From Octopus vulgaris (Eukaryota), in assembly GCA_951406725.2 (NCBI GenBank), contig OX597820.1:114266001-114330000 (forward strand): a DNA stretch of 64,000 nucleotides, given 5' to 3'. Positions 36,601-48,920 of this stretch are shown here, one piece after another; positions within the stretch are counted from its first letter, which is position 1; every line of letters starts with the position of its first letter. Both the position numbers and the translations under genes were made by a program. The notes under the pieces were generated by a model that searched no databases, was not told the origin of the DNA, and worked only from the letters and a program-made list of their open reading frames with translations.

Positions 36601-37739
36601 TTATCCCCAACCTAAAAGTCCTGATGAGAATTGCTCTCAGGCTCTTGTTACTCATATTTTCCACTAACCCCCTAAAAGATGCAAGAGTTAGCACACTTCA
36701 GATACCAAAGGTCCAACATCAGTTTGTGCTTGACCCAGGACTACAACTTGATCAATGAAACAAGCTGAGAAAAGACATGTTCAGGGATCATTGCGGAGCT
36801 TCCCTGTATAACATTAACCATATCATTCGTAAACTTTCATGGGGTCATGGGATGATGCACCTCTTGGCCAATAGAATGTGTCCTTTCCTGAAGCAACAAA
36901 AGAACATAAGCTCCAGTCTGAGACAAGGCATAATGGTCAGATGGCAGTACATAACCAAACTGATGTAGTCATTAAGCATCTCTACCTCACCGTTTAGGAC
37001 AGCTTCTTTTAGATATTCAGTCAGTTTTTCTGCACAAACACAGAAACTGCTATCCCGCATTGATGTGCTTCCCCAAGTGTTATTGATGTGTTGATGAATG
37101 TTATTGATGTATCTATACAATTATAGAGCCATAATATCACAGTATCATACTGACCAATCACTTCAAAACTGCTGGCCTTGTTTGATAAGTTGAGTATTGA
37201 CTCCAGTACTCTTTTGACTTGATGATTGTTCCATATATTTCCAGCTTTAAATCCCAATTTCTGGCACAGTTTCCAGTGTAAAACTTAAAACCTGATCGTG
37301 TCTCCATTTCTTATATTCTTCCTGTGCCAACTTGGAGCATTTTTTCCACAATGTGTGCCACTGTCTCATTCCAAGTTTCACAATTTTGTATCAAAATTGC
37401 TGGCTTTGTATTTGGCATGTTTCTTGCTTCTAAGATACTTATGTAATTTTATGATTACATTTAAGGTAGTGATCTAGCGGGATCTTTAGACCATTGGAAT
37501 AAATGCTTTGATGCATGTGTTCCAGCTTTTAACATTCTGATTTCAAATTCTACCGATGTTAATTTTGCCTTTCATCTTTATGGAGTTGATACAATAAAGA
37601 TCAAATCAAATATTGGGATCAATCATATTGACTTATCTTCTCCTCTCAAAATTGTCAGCCTTCTGCCTTAATCATCATCATCATCATCATCATCATCATT
37701 TACATATACATACAACAGATTAGGCTGTTGGAAAAAATT

Positions 37740-38850
37740 AATACAGGTAACCTTAGATGCCAAGAACCTTCTTAAGTATTCTAGCAGTCCCTAATAATAC
37801 TGTTTTCTAGAGCAGCACTAAACTAGGTTTTATGCATATTTCCTCTATCCATTTGTTCATATCTCTAGGAATAGTTCCTAATGCACCCATAAATACAGGG
37901 ACACATTTTACCTGTACTTTCTATAGCCTCTGTAACTCAATAGCTAGGTCTTGATATTTTCTTTTCTCTTTTTATTATTATTATTTTGGTTTGGCTCAGC
38001 TTTGGTCTTATTCCTGGTAGGATTTATTTGGGTAGCAAGTTATTACCTGTAACCTTAGGTATCCACAAATTTTCAGCAGTCTTTCAAGTGCTTAGATCCC
38101 TCCTGATAATCCTTGCTGTCCTAAGAGACAAACTTTCTGTAGGAGCTCTACCAGGCATTCTGTTTCAATTTCCTTCAGCCATTTGTCTATCTCTTTGCTT
38201 ACTGTTCCCAATGCACCAATTATTATAGGCATGACCGTTACTTAAAAAAGAAACAGAGAGCCTAATTGTAGCAGCCCAAGATCAAGCAATAAAAGCAAAC
38301 AACTTGAGGAAAAATAAATATGGAGAGAATGTGTCAGAAAAATGTAGAGCTTGTGAAACTTGGAATGAGACAGTTTGCATGCTCCAAATTCTTTCTATTT
38401 CAAATTTTAAGGGATTGTATTTTTGATTGTTTTTCTTCCTCTTTCTTTACAATCTTGAAATCAAACGGGCATCATTATATCTGGTCTATTATTTTCTAAC
38501 TTCTTGTCTGTTTGAACAAGAAAGTCCTACAAAATCTTACATTTCTCCAACTCTAGTACTCTTTTGACTTGATGATTGTACCATATATTTCCAGCTTTAA
38601 ATCCCAATTTCTGGCACAGTTTCCAGTGTAAAACTTAAAACCTGATTGTGCCTCCATTTCTTATATTCTTCCTGTGCCAACTTGGGGCATTCTTCCACAA
38701 TGTGTGCCACTGTCTCATTCCAAGTTTCACAAGCTCTACATTTTTCTGACACATTTTCTCCATATTTATTTTTTCTCAAGTTGTTTGTTTTTATTGCTTG
38801 ATCTTGGGCTGCTACAATTAAGCTCTCTGTTTCTTTTTTAATTGCCCCTT
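37740..38850 (-). mobile_element. Two R4/Dong-clade (RLE endonuclease) LINE 3' fragments
   Basis: KKETESLIVAAQDQAI, C-x2-C-x8-H-x4-C (CRAC...HIVEEC), RHNQV, PIIIGALGT, LGTARII and LGTARILKKVL. Confidence 0.85.
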
Positions 38851-39924
38851 TTTTAAAACCTAGCCCAGGATTTTGTTCCACATACGTCTTCAGTGACTCT
38901 CCAAAATTGACCATGCTGAGGTTTCCCTTTGATCTGTTTTGATGTGCTCTCTTTGTATTTCACTCTTGTCCTTTTCTCCTATTACATGCTTCATCTCCTA
39001 TTCTTTATTAACTGTCTTTCATTATTATTATTATTATTATTAAGAAAGCTGAAAGCTGGTAGAATTGTTAGCATGTCAGACAAAATGCTTAACAACATTT
39101 TTTTCAATTCATTATCTTCTAAGTTCAGTTTCTGCAAAAATCAACTTTGCTCTTTATCTTTTGGTGGGGTCAATAAGACAAAGTTCTAGTCAATGTAATG
39201 GACTTGACTCCTTCCCTCAAAATTGCTGGCTTTGTATCAAAATCACCACCACCACCACTTTGGGGTCATTAAAACCTGGGTGTCTATACAGAGCCCAACC
39301 AACCATAAGTTGTTATCTCCACATCCACCATAAGTGCATACAGACAAGCAAAAGGTCAACATTTATGCCAGTATTTCTAGCTATGACCCTGAGACTCATG
39401 TACTGTGGTACAATCCTGTAGGTTGGCATGAGGTACATCAGCTCTACATGTCTTTTCACTTCATCCTTGGTCTTAAAAACCAGGCATAAATCCTGCCACA
39501 CAGCAGCCACACTCTTCTAATTTCTCAAGGGCGTATGGAAAATCTTAACATTTTTAGAAGGTCTGCGGTATATCCTCTTCTCCATTTCTCTTTTCTGGAT
39601 AAATTCTTGGGGAAAGATGTACTGTCTTTTGTAACATATCTTGTCCACTCTTTCTTCTTTGCCTTCATTTATCTCATGTCAAGTCTCTCTTTTGAACTTG
39701 CCACATTTGTAAACAAGGGAATATTGTTGTTGGTTTTGTTGCTGCTGTTTGAGTTGGGTTTTTTTCAGTCAAAATTCATATTTTTAGAATAAAAATTTTT
39801 TTGTGTCATCTATTGTATATCTGTGGATACTTAAGCTTGAGGCTTTCTCTGTATCTTGATTTTATTCATTTTATTTTTTTTTAATTCTGTCCTTTTGTTT
39901 GAAAATAATTGCTTGTTTATGTTA

Positions 39925-41260
39925 TAATAATAATGAAATTATTGTATACAGTGCTCAGGTGCACCACAACTTGTCAAAAGTGCGTATAAAGTATATGCAG
40001 TAATGTACAAATTTCTGGGAAGTGAACAGTGTATGAGTCAGATACATGCTTGCGTGTGTATGGAGGGGAGAAAATCAGGTGTAGTGTTGGCGAATCTCAG
40101 GAAGCATGGAAGTTTTGAAGGATGCAGTACTCCAACAACTAACAACTGATGCTGGCAGTTTGTTCCATGCTTCAGCAACTCTTGGCGTAAAAGTCATGCT
40201 TCCGAAAGTCATGGGAGCTGTGCTGTTTTCTGACTTTGTAAACATGTCCATGGGTGTTAGACGGGTGGAATTTGAAAAGGTACTCAGAGTTATTGTTTGT
40301 AAGATGGTTAATAATTTTATGGGTGTCTGCCAAGTCAGTTGTCAGATGTCGGAGTTTCAATGTATCCATGCCCAGGTAAGTAAGGCGTTCAGAATATGGC
40401 AAATGCCTGATGAAGGGTATTCTCTTGGTTGCACGTCACTGAACGATTTCCAGACGATTAATATCCTGGGCAAGATAGGGGTTCCACACCAGTGATGCAA
40501 ATTCCAGTTGAGGCTGCACCATAGCTATATAAAGCCTCAAATAGATAGCCAGAGAGTGGCTCACAAGGAACTTGGTAAGTGATGCCAAGACACCCTCAGC
40601 CTTCTTGGCAATTTTAACAATGTGTTTTGTCCAACGCAAATCGCTGTCGACAATAATATCCAAGTCACATTCACACGAAGACTTTTTGAGATTAGTGTTG
40701 TGGAGGGAGTAAGTAGACGCTGGGTTTTTCCTCCCAAAATGCATGGTGGTACATTTGTCCACAGCCAGCTTGAGTTGCCAGTCCATGATCCACTGCTGCA
40801 TTGTGTCCATTTCTGATTGCAATAGAGATCTATAGTGTACAGGATCTGACCTCTTTATTTCGAGGTACAGCTTGATGTCATTTGCATATTTCAGCACTGT
40901 GGGATTCTTTAAGTTGGCATCTATGTCATTAACATATGCAACAAATAAAAGGGGGCCAAGAACAGATCTCTGTGGTACACCAGATGTCATATCATAGGGT
41001 GAAGAGTGCTGCCCTAGAACTGTGACAACTTCTTTTCGGCTGATAATGAAGGACTTCAACCAGTTATAGAGATCATCTCTTACACCCATTGCAGAGAGTT
41101 TCACCATAAGTCTTTTGTGTGGCACAGAATTAAAAGCCTTAGCAAAGTCCAGGTAAACAACATCCACCCAGGAGCTGCCATCAGTGATTCGGGTAATGTC
41201 CTCAAGAAGCTCGATGAGGTGATTACATGTTGTTGAGGTTTCTGCTCCCACCACTGAGGT
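39925..41260 (-). mobile_element. CR1-clade LINE, 5'-truncated, with degenerate RT
   Basis: VDVVYLDFAKAF, SGVPQRSVLGPLLF, KYANDIKLY and VWNPY motifs, with an (ATT)n tail. Confidence 0.9.
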
Positions 41261-41549
41261 GAACGTCCTTCCCTGCTCCCTCTGAGGCAGACATCTTGCA
41301 GTGCATGTACATGTTGTAAATGACAGAATGCCAAAAATATTTAAACAGTTTAAAGTGTCTAAAAGCAAACTTTTCTTTTATGCTTTCCTTTAGCAAAAGT
41401 GGCCTCAGTTGGAACCTGGCCATGATAAATAATAATTAGCAAAATTGGAACAAAAATTACATTTTTTTTTTTTGTGGAGTTTTGATATCTGTCCACTCCA
41501 ACAGATATGCTGCTGCTGTCGCTGCCGCCAATAATTAACAACAACAACA

Positions 41550-42066
41550 ATAATAATAGCCTTGATGCAGCACCAGGCAGTGGCTCTTATGGTTTCTGAT
41601 TTTAAATGGTTAGAAATGTTATTATGTACATGTTTTGTTTTGATGGGCTACAACAAATATTCTGCTCAATACCACAGATTTGCTTGTCAGTTGTTTGACC
41701 TTAACCAGTTGAGCATGTCCCTTGGTGGTTGATGATATGTGCATCTCTAATCATGAGCCAGAATAGTAGGGGAGTATCATAGCCATGTGTTGAGAGGGAT
41801 TCTTTGAGGTTTGAATAATTCACTTCTGGAAACAACCTTTATTCAGGGGCTTTTGAAGGATATTGGCCTGAAGGATATTCTAACTAGGCCCCACCTGCAA
41901 GGTCACATAATGTTTATCTTGACATGAGATCATGATATCATGCACATATCATTGAGATACATGTAACTGGCGTAACCTTATCAAATGGATAGTCATCATA
42001 GGTATATTGGGTTTTGTATATTTGTACCCTAGTGTCACTGTGATGGCATGCACTGCTCTCTCACTT
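41550..42066. mobile_element. Unclassified ~500-bp interspersed repeat flanked by (AAT)n
   Basis: A diverged copy lies at about 47185-47345 (TTGTCAGTTGTTTGACCTTAA...CATAGCCATGTG). Confidence 0.55.
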
Positions 42067-42093
42067 GATAATAATAATAATAATAATAATAAT

Positions 42094-42563
42094 AGTCATT
42101 GATATGACTGTCCCAATCTATATAAACGTATCTGTCAAGACCTACCAAAAACTGAGCAAATATAAAGATCTTGAAATAGAAATCAGCAAAATGTGGAACC
42201 TGAAGACTAAAACAATACCTGTTGTCATAGGTGCCCTGGGAATGATAGCGAAAGGGGCTGATTGCTACCTAACTCAGATACCAGGAAACCCCAAAATGGC
42301 AGAAATTCAAAAGATAGTGCTCATGGGAACTGCTCATATCCTACACAAAATACTCTCTATGTAATCCCAAGGTTTAAAACAAACTTTTTTTTTTTTTTTT
42401 AAATCTATGTATTAGACATTCACTAGTACAACACCAAAAAAACCCCGAAATATATGGCACACTAGGCATAACAACAACATGAACTTCCAACCTGTTGTCT
42501 CTTGAGGTCTCTGGGTGAGACTTGGAGCCAACTTGTACAAATATAAAGCAAAGGTCAAACATA

Positions 42564-42565
<2 letters not shown>
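42094..42565 (+). mobile_element. R4/Dong LINE 3' end inserted in (TAA)n
   Basis: IDMTVP...KLSKYKDLEIEISKMW...IPVVIGALG...QKIVLMGTAHIL, with (AAT)n on both sides. Confidence 0.88.
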
Positions 42566-42611
<46 letters not shown>

Positions 42612-43501
42612 TTTCAAAATTTAGCACAAGACCTGCAGTTCTGGGGGAGGGGTTAAGTTGATTACATTGACCCTAGTGTTTGACTGGTACTTATTTTATT
42701 GACCCTCAAAAGGATGAAAGGCAAAGTCAACCTTGGTGGAATTTTAACTCAGAACATTGGATGGACAAAATACTGCTAAGCATTTCGTCCAGCATGCCAC
42801 CAATTCTGCCCACTCACAATGATAATAAGAGCATCACAACAAACCACAGCACATACCCAAGCTACACAGAGCTGCACTCATTAGTGCAGCGAAAGCACAT
42901 GATAAAAATAAGACTACTGAATAATAATAATAATAATTATAACAAAAGCAACAACAGCAACAACAATAATAGCCCCAAATGAAATAAACTTCCCATCCTC
43001 CACTCTGCTTATCAAGGTGTATATTTAGATTATCGCTGTCTAATAGTATTGATTAATCAATAACACTAACGCTTTCATTATTTATTTCTTTTATCCTTAA
43101 GCAACTCTCAAATAAATTTGGATTAATCTGGTCGTATGACTGAACTGAAAGGTGAAAAATCTGATTAAAAAATACTTTAATGACTCATGATAATAACGAC
43201 AGTAGTAATAACATAATTACTCGTAAACAACTTGTTTTGTGTGATGATAATTAAAATTTAAATATCTATATTTTGGGGATATTATTTATACTTGGAAGTT
43301 GAAATTTTTGTTAAAAAATGGTCAGCTCTGAAGTAGTAGTAGTAGTAGTAGAAATGATAAAATAATAACAGCAACAATATTGATGATGATAGTGGTGTTG
43401 ATGATAAGATGATGATGATGATGACAGTTTATTTCTACAAGGATAACAGTGGTTGTGGGGATTACAATGACAAATTACAAATTGGTGGTGGTTTTTCATT
43501 G

Positions 43502-43504
<3 letters not shown>

Positions 43505-43532
<28 letters not shown>

Positions 43533-44282
43533 GTTTAATGTCCATTTTCTGTGCTAGCACAGGTTGGATGGTTCAACCGGGGTCTGGGAAGCCAGGAGGC
43601 TGCACCAGGCTCCAGTCTGATCAGGTAGTGTTTCTACAACTGGATGCCCATCCTAATGCCAACCACTCTGTGAGTGTAGTGGGTGCTTTTTATGTGCCAC
43701 CGGCACAGAAGCCAGTCAAGGCGGCGCTGGCATCGGCCACGTTCAGATGGTGCCTTTTACATGCCACCGGCACAGGTATCACAACTACAATTTCCATTTG
43801 ATATTTATTTTGATGTTGATGTACTTGACTCAATAGGTCTCCTCAAGCACAGCAGGTAACCCTACGATCCAAGGTAAGCACAGCAGGTCGTTCTGCAATC
43901 CAAGGTACTTCAGATGGGCTGGGGCTATGCGAAACTGGTGCAGGAAGCAGCCGTGAACTCACATTATTTGTCGGGTCTTTGCAGTCACAGCATATCTCCA
44001 GAGATCTTGGTCTTTTGTCATTGCCTCTGTGAGGCCCAACATTCAAAGGTCATGCTTGAGCACCTCATCCATGTCTTCCTGGGTCTACCTCTCCCCCGGA
44101 TACCTTCAACTGTTTGGGAGTGGCACTTCTTCACACATCTCTCCTCATCCATCTGTGGTACATGTCAATACCAGCGCAAATGTCTCTCTTGCACACCACA
44201 TCTGGTGCTTCTTATGTCCAGCATTTCTCTCAGGGTGCTTACACTCTGTCATGTGTGCGTACTGACATTACACATCCAGCGA
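43505..44282 (-). mobile_element. RTE LINE 3' end joined to a family B tail
   Basis: The minus strand encodes RTE C-terminal remnants ending GRPRKTW. 43505-43960 is closely similar to 58196-58668. Confidence 0.75.
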
Positions 44283-44449
44283 TAAGGGAAAGCAAATAAA
44301 TATATAAAATGATAAGAAAATTGTTGTGTGTCTCAATAAGAAGATCAACTAGAGAATCCCACAGATAACAGATTATCCTGATTACTAAGAATAAGCGCAC
44401 TCTTCTAATTGTTACCTCCAGCCTACAACTTCATGTTCAGAGTTAAGTA

Positions 44450-45563
44450 TGAGGGTGAACTAAAAAGTTCATACCCTGGCTATGAAGGAATGATGTTAGA
44501 GCTGTGAAATCTCACATGCATTACCTTCAACTCTACTTATGAATAACTGCATTGTTTCTTTCCAGATAAACTGACATCTGACTGTTCAAGGAAGACTTCA
44601 AAGAAACTAGTGGTGACTTCTCGTGAAAATCGACAAAATTTAGCATTGTGCTGTTATCAAGTAGCTACAGAAAATGAGTTTAATTCCCAAATACATTCAT
44701 GCTGACATGATTGCTAAATTATGGAATGATGTTCCAGCTTTATCAACACTACAAAAGTGCACAGCTGAAGTATAGTGTAGTTTTGAAGATGACCTAAGGT
44801 CTGGACATCCTGCAACTGCCAGCACTGAGGGAAACATTGATTGTGGTCACCATATAGTGATGGATGAGAGATGAGTGCACCAGGCTGATTATATCACAGG
44901 AAAATCTGACATTGTTTGAGGCAGATCCAGCTGGTTTCCTTGAATGTTTCCTAACCCAGGATGAGGGTTGGGTTCATCACTTTGAGCAAGAGACAAAGAG
45001 AACATCCATGCAGTAGAAATACCCCTCCAGGTCAAGGTTGTTTCATTTGCAGAGAAGGTGATGGATTCAATTTTTTGGGATGCAAAATGTATTGTGTTTA
45101 TTGACTATCTTCAAAAGAGCCACACCATCAATGGAGAGTATTATGCCAACTTCATGAGGCTATCAAGATCAAATGCCAAGGAAAAGTGATGAAAGGGGTC
45201 TTGTTCCATCAGGACAGTGCTCCAGCACACAAGTCCTTACTCTCAGTGGCTGCTGTGTGTCACTGTGGCATTGAACTGGTTGACACCAGTTCCCTATTCT
45301 CCTGATTTGACCCCATTTGACAATCATCTGTCCCTCAACATGAAAAAAAACATAGCTCACAGTGATGATGGCATCTTATCTGCTGTTGATGACTTTTCTA
45401 ACCAATTGGATACAGGTTTCTTCATCAATAGGATCAAACACTGTATCACAGATCGAAGATTTATGTGGGCCACACTATAAGCCTCATTTGCAATATAAAC
45501 CTCATTTAGTCACATTCTGAGAGAGTATCTTGGTCAACCTATAAACTTTTCAGCCGATCCTTG
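44450..45563 (+). mobile_element. mariner (DD34D) element, decayed
   Basis: TA-flanked imperfect TIRs. Motifs TQDEGWVHHFE, IFWDAK, TINGEYY, FHQDSAP and PYSPDLTPFD. Confidence 0.85.
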
Positions 45564-45904
45564 TATTTCCTTTTCTATATTCACTTTTCTCGTTAAGTGT
45601 CTCTTGAAGAAGTTGATGATGGCTTAACTAGAGTTTCCCAGAAAATGTTATCACTTCTGTCTGCCACTAACCCTCTATAGAACATCTTCTTTGAAACACA
45701 TAATATATTTTCTATGCTCTCTCTTGGATTAGATCCTACTGTAAAGAGACACTGCTTGGTTATACAAAAGACACCGAACTAAGGTTTTCTAGGAATCATG
45801 TTAAATCTAAAAATTTGTGTTGTGACAGATTAACCTTAGTACAACTACAAAATGAATGAGTTAGAATATTTGTTTCAGTACAAGTTCTGTTATTAGTATC
45901 TTTT

Positions 45905-46268
45905 ATTGTTTACTAGTTTCAGTCATTAAACTGTGACCGTGCTAAGGCACTGCCCAGAAAGAATTTTATTTAGTTGAATGAATCAACCCTAGTACTTGGT
46001 CTTTTGTCTCTTTTGCTGAACCACTAAGTTACAGGGCCGTAAACACACCAACAGCAGTTGTCAAGTGATGGTGGGGGACAAACAGACACACACACACACA
46101 CACACACATGTGATGGCTTCTTTCAGTTTCTGCCTACTAAATCCACTCACAAGGCTTTGGTTCGCCCGAAGCTATAGTAGAAGACACTTGCCCAAGGTGC
46201 CGCATAGTACAACTAAGCCTGGAACCATGTGATTGGGAAGCAAGCTTCTTACCACACAGCCACACCTG
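45905..46268 (-). mobile_element. SINE family A
   Basis: Reverse-complement match to 1881-2328. Confidence 0.8.
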
Positions 46269-46949
46269 GGCTATTCAAAACATTTCTTTTATCTATTAAA
46301 CGTACATTATTTTCTTCTTGTTCATTCTGTGGTAGTCTTTGCTTTTGTGTTATCTCTCTTGCCCTGTTCGCTGCTGGGGTTACATTTGGTAGATATTTTG
46401 AATGTGAAATGCAGTGAAAATTGTGTGAGCAAATAAAATTCGTTAAAACCAACCGTTTTTTTTTGTTTCCTTTGGAGTATCAAGTAAGGCTTAAACCATC
46501 CTCATGTAATTAAAATCCGGTTTGGCGAGTGATCTAAAGAACTTTTCATTTGGTAAAACTTGAATGAGGTTGTGTTTTAAAGAGAAAATAAGGAAAGAAA
46601 GTGTTTATTTTACAAGAGTCACTTGTACATAATAACATTTCTAACTATTTAAAATCAGAAACCATAAGAGCCACTGCCTGGTGCTGCATCAAGGCTATTA
46701 TTATTGTTGTTGTTAATGTATTAAAACAGGTTTAAAATTTAGTTATACTAAACAAAAGTGACCCATACACTGAGGAGTAAAAAAGTCTTCATTTAAGAAG
46801 GATCAAGGTATCCCACAGCTCAGGTCACCCTCCAACCAACCACCTTCAGCAAAATGAGTCCTCTCAATTTGTCTGTGAACATCTTCAAGTTTCCGTGAAC
46901 TGTGATGCCTTTCATTTATTGCAGTTTGTTAACTATATTTAGATTTGTA

Positions 46950-47475
46950 ATGTTTTACTGACAGCACTGTGTAACAAATTTATTATGTTTTTTTTTGTGT
47001 GTGTGTCTTTGGTCAATAAGTGTTATTTCCTATTTGCTTCAATCTAAAAATTAAAAGAAATGACAGTTATTCCCTTCAAATTTTGCTTTTGTGACCTGGA
47101 CATCAATGATTTGAAACTGAGCTATTTTCTTTTAAATTTCAGACAGATTCAGCACTGAATTGTTGTAGCAGAAATTTTGCTATAACAAATATTCGGCTCA
47201 ATAGCGTGGGTTTTCTTGTCAGTTGTTTGACCTTAATTGCTTGAGCCTGTCTGTTTGTGGCTGACTATATGTGCACCTCTGATCATGAGCTGGAGTAATG
47301 GGATAGCATCATAGCCATGTGCTGAGAGAGGTTCTTTGGGGCTTTAATAAATGTAACAAAAGCAAAGTTTGAAGGAAATATTAGCTGTTTTTCATAATTT
47401 CTAGGGGTAAGCAATTAGGAAATATCAGTTGCTATCCAAAGACAAAAATCATGTTACACAGAGTTGTCATTAAAT
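46950..47475. repeat. Old fold-back element with a repeat inserted in its loop
   Basis: TGTGTAACA..TCTTTGG..CCTTCAAATTTTGCTTTTGTGAC pairs with GTAACAAAAGCAAAGTTTGAAGG..CCAAAGA..TGTTACACA. Confidence 0.55.
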
Positions 47476-47659
47476 TGTTAGGTAGCACCTGTCATCTACT
47501 GTCATGAAATTGTTAGACATCACCTGTCAACTACTCTCTAGTAAGTCTTACAAGCTGCATCACCAAACTGTTGGAGTCTTGTGTCAGGGAAACACTCTGG
47601 AACTTTGGGAATTCTCATAGCCTTATTCAACCCTCACAATTTGGATTTATCCCTAACTC

Positions 47660-48920
47660 CAGCTGTTGTGGCTAACTTATCAAATTTCTTGAAGACACCA
47701 CCTGAATCACTGATGGCAGCTCATAAGTGGATGTTATCTAACTTGAATTTGCTAAAGTCTTCAATTCAGTACCATACTTATGGTAAAATTCTCTGCAACG
47801 GGTGTGAAAGATGATCTTTATAACTGGTTGAAGTCCTTCATTCTTGGTCAAGAAGAGGTAGTCATGGTTTTATGACAACATTCTTCACCCTATGAGATGG
47901 CATCTGGTGTACCATAGATATTCGTTCTTAGACCCTTGTTGCTTGTTACATATATTAATGACACAGATGCCAGCTTGAAGAATGTTACAGAGCTGAAATA
48001 TGTAAATGACACCAAGCTGTAACTTGAGATAAAAAGAACAGATCCTATCTACTATAAATCTTTCCTACAATCGGATCTGGATACAGTGCAGCAATAGATT
48101 AGTGACTGGCAACTCAAGTTAGCTGTGGGACAAGTGTACCACCCTGCATTTTGGGAGGAAAATCCCAGCTTTTACATACTCCCTGTACAACACCAATCTT
48201 AAGAAATCTGCTAATGAATGTTATCTGGGCATTATTGTTAACGACAATTTGTGTTGGACAAACTGCATCTCTAAAATTGTCAAGAAGGCCAAGGGTGTTT
48301 TAGCATCTCTCAGTAAGACTTTTGTCAGCTATTCTTATGGCTATGGTATGTCCATACTTAGAGTTTGCATCACCAGTCTGGAACCCCTGTCTTGCTTAGT
48401 ATATCAATCTCCTGAAAACCATTCAGAAACTTGCAACCAGATGAACACCTATCATCAGACACCTACCATACTCTGCATGTCTTGGTTCCCTTGGCATGGA
48501 CACACCAAAGCTCCAACATGTGGTAACTGATGTGGTAGACACCCACAAGCTTATCTACTATCTTTCCAACAACAACCTTTGGACACCTTTTTGAATTCCA
48601 TTTATCTTAACACTCATGGACATGCTTACAAAATCCAAAAGCAACACAGACCCATGACTTTCAGAAACATCAGGATTGCTGAAGCATGGAATAAACTACC
48701 TGCATCAGTAGTTGGCTGTCAGGACACTGCGTCCTTCAAAACTTCCATGCTTTCTGAAATTCACCAATAGTATGCCTGATGCCCCCCACTTTTTTTTTAA
48801 TTAACAGCTTGTTTACTTTTTACTTCCTGTGCACTATTCTATGTACTGCTCATATACTTTTGACTACTTTTTCTGATGAGTTGTAGTGCACCTGAGCACT
48901 GTATACAATAACTTCATTCA
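47660..48920 (+). mobile_element. CR1-clade LINE, decayed (same family as 39925-41260)
   Basis: Collinear reverse-complement similarity, including the tail GTGCACCTGAGCACTGTATACAATAA. Confidence 0.85.

Noticed and set aside
39240-39800. Possible L1/Tx1 ORF1 remnant on the minus strand
   Set aside because: The composition is suggestive, but I could identify no diagnostic motif by eye.
40436-41368. 310-aa RT ORF as an active or domesticated gene
   Set aside because: The catalytic YADD is YAND, other motifs are mutated, it is 5'-truncated, and the ORF's N-terminus derives from flanking DNA.
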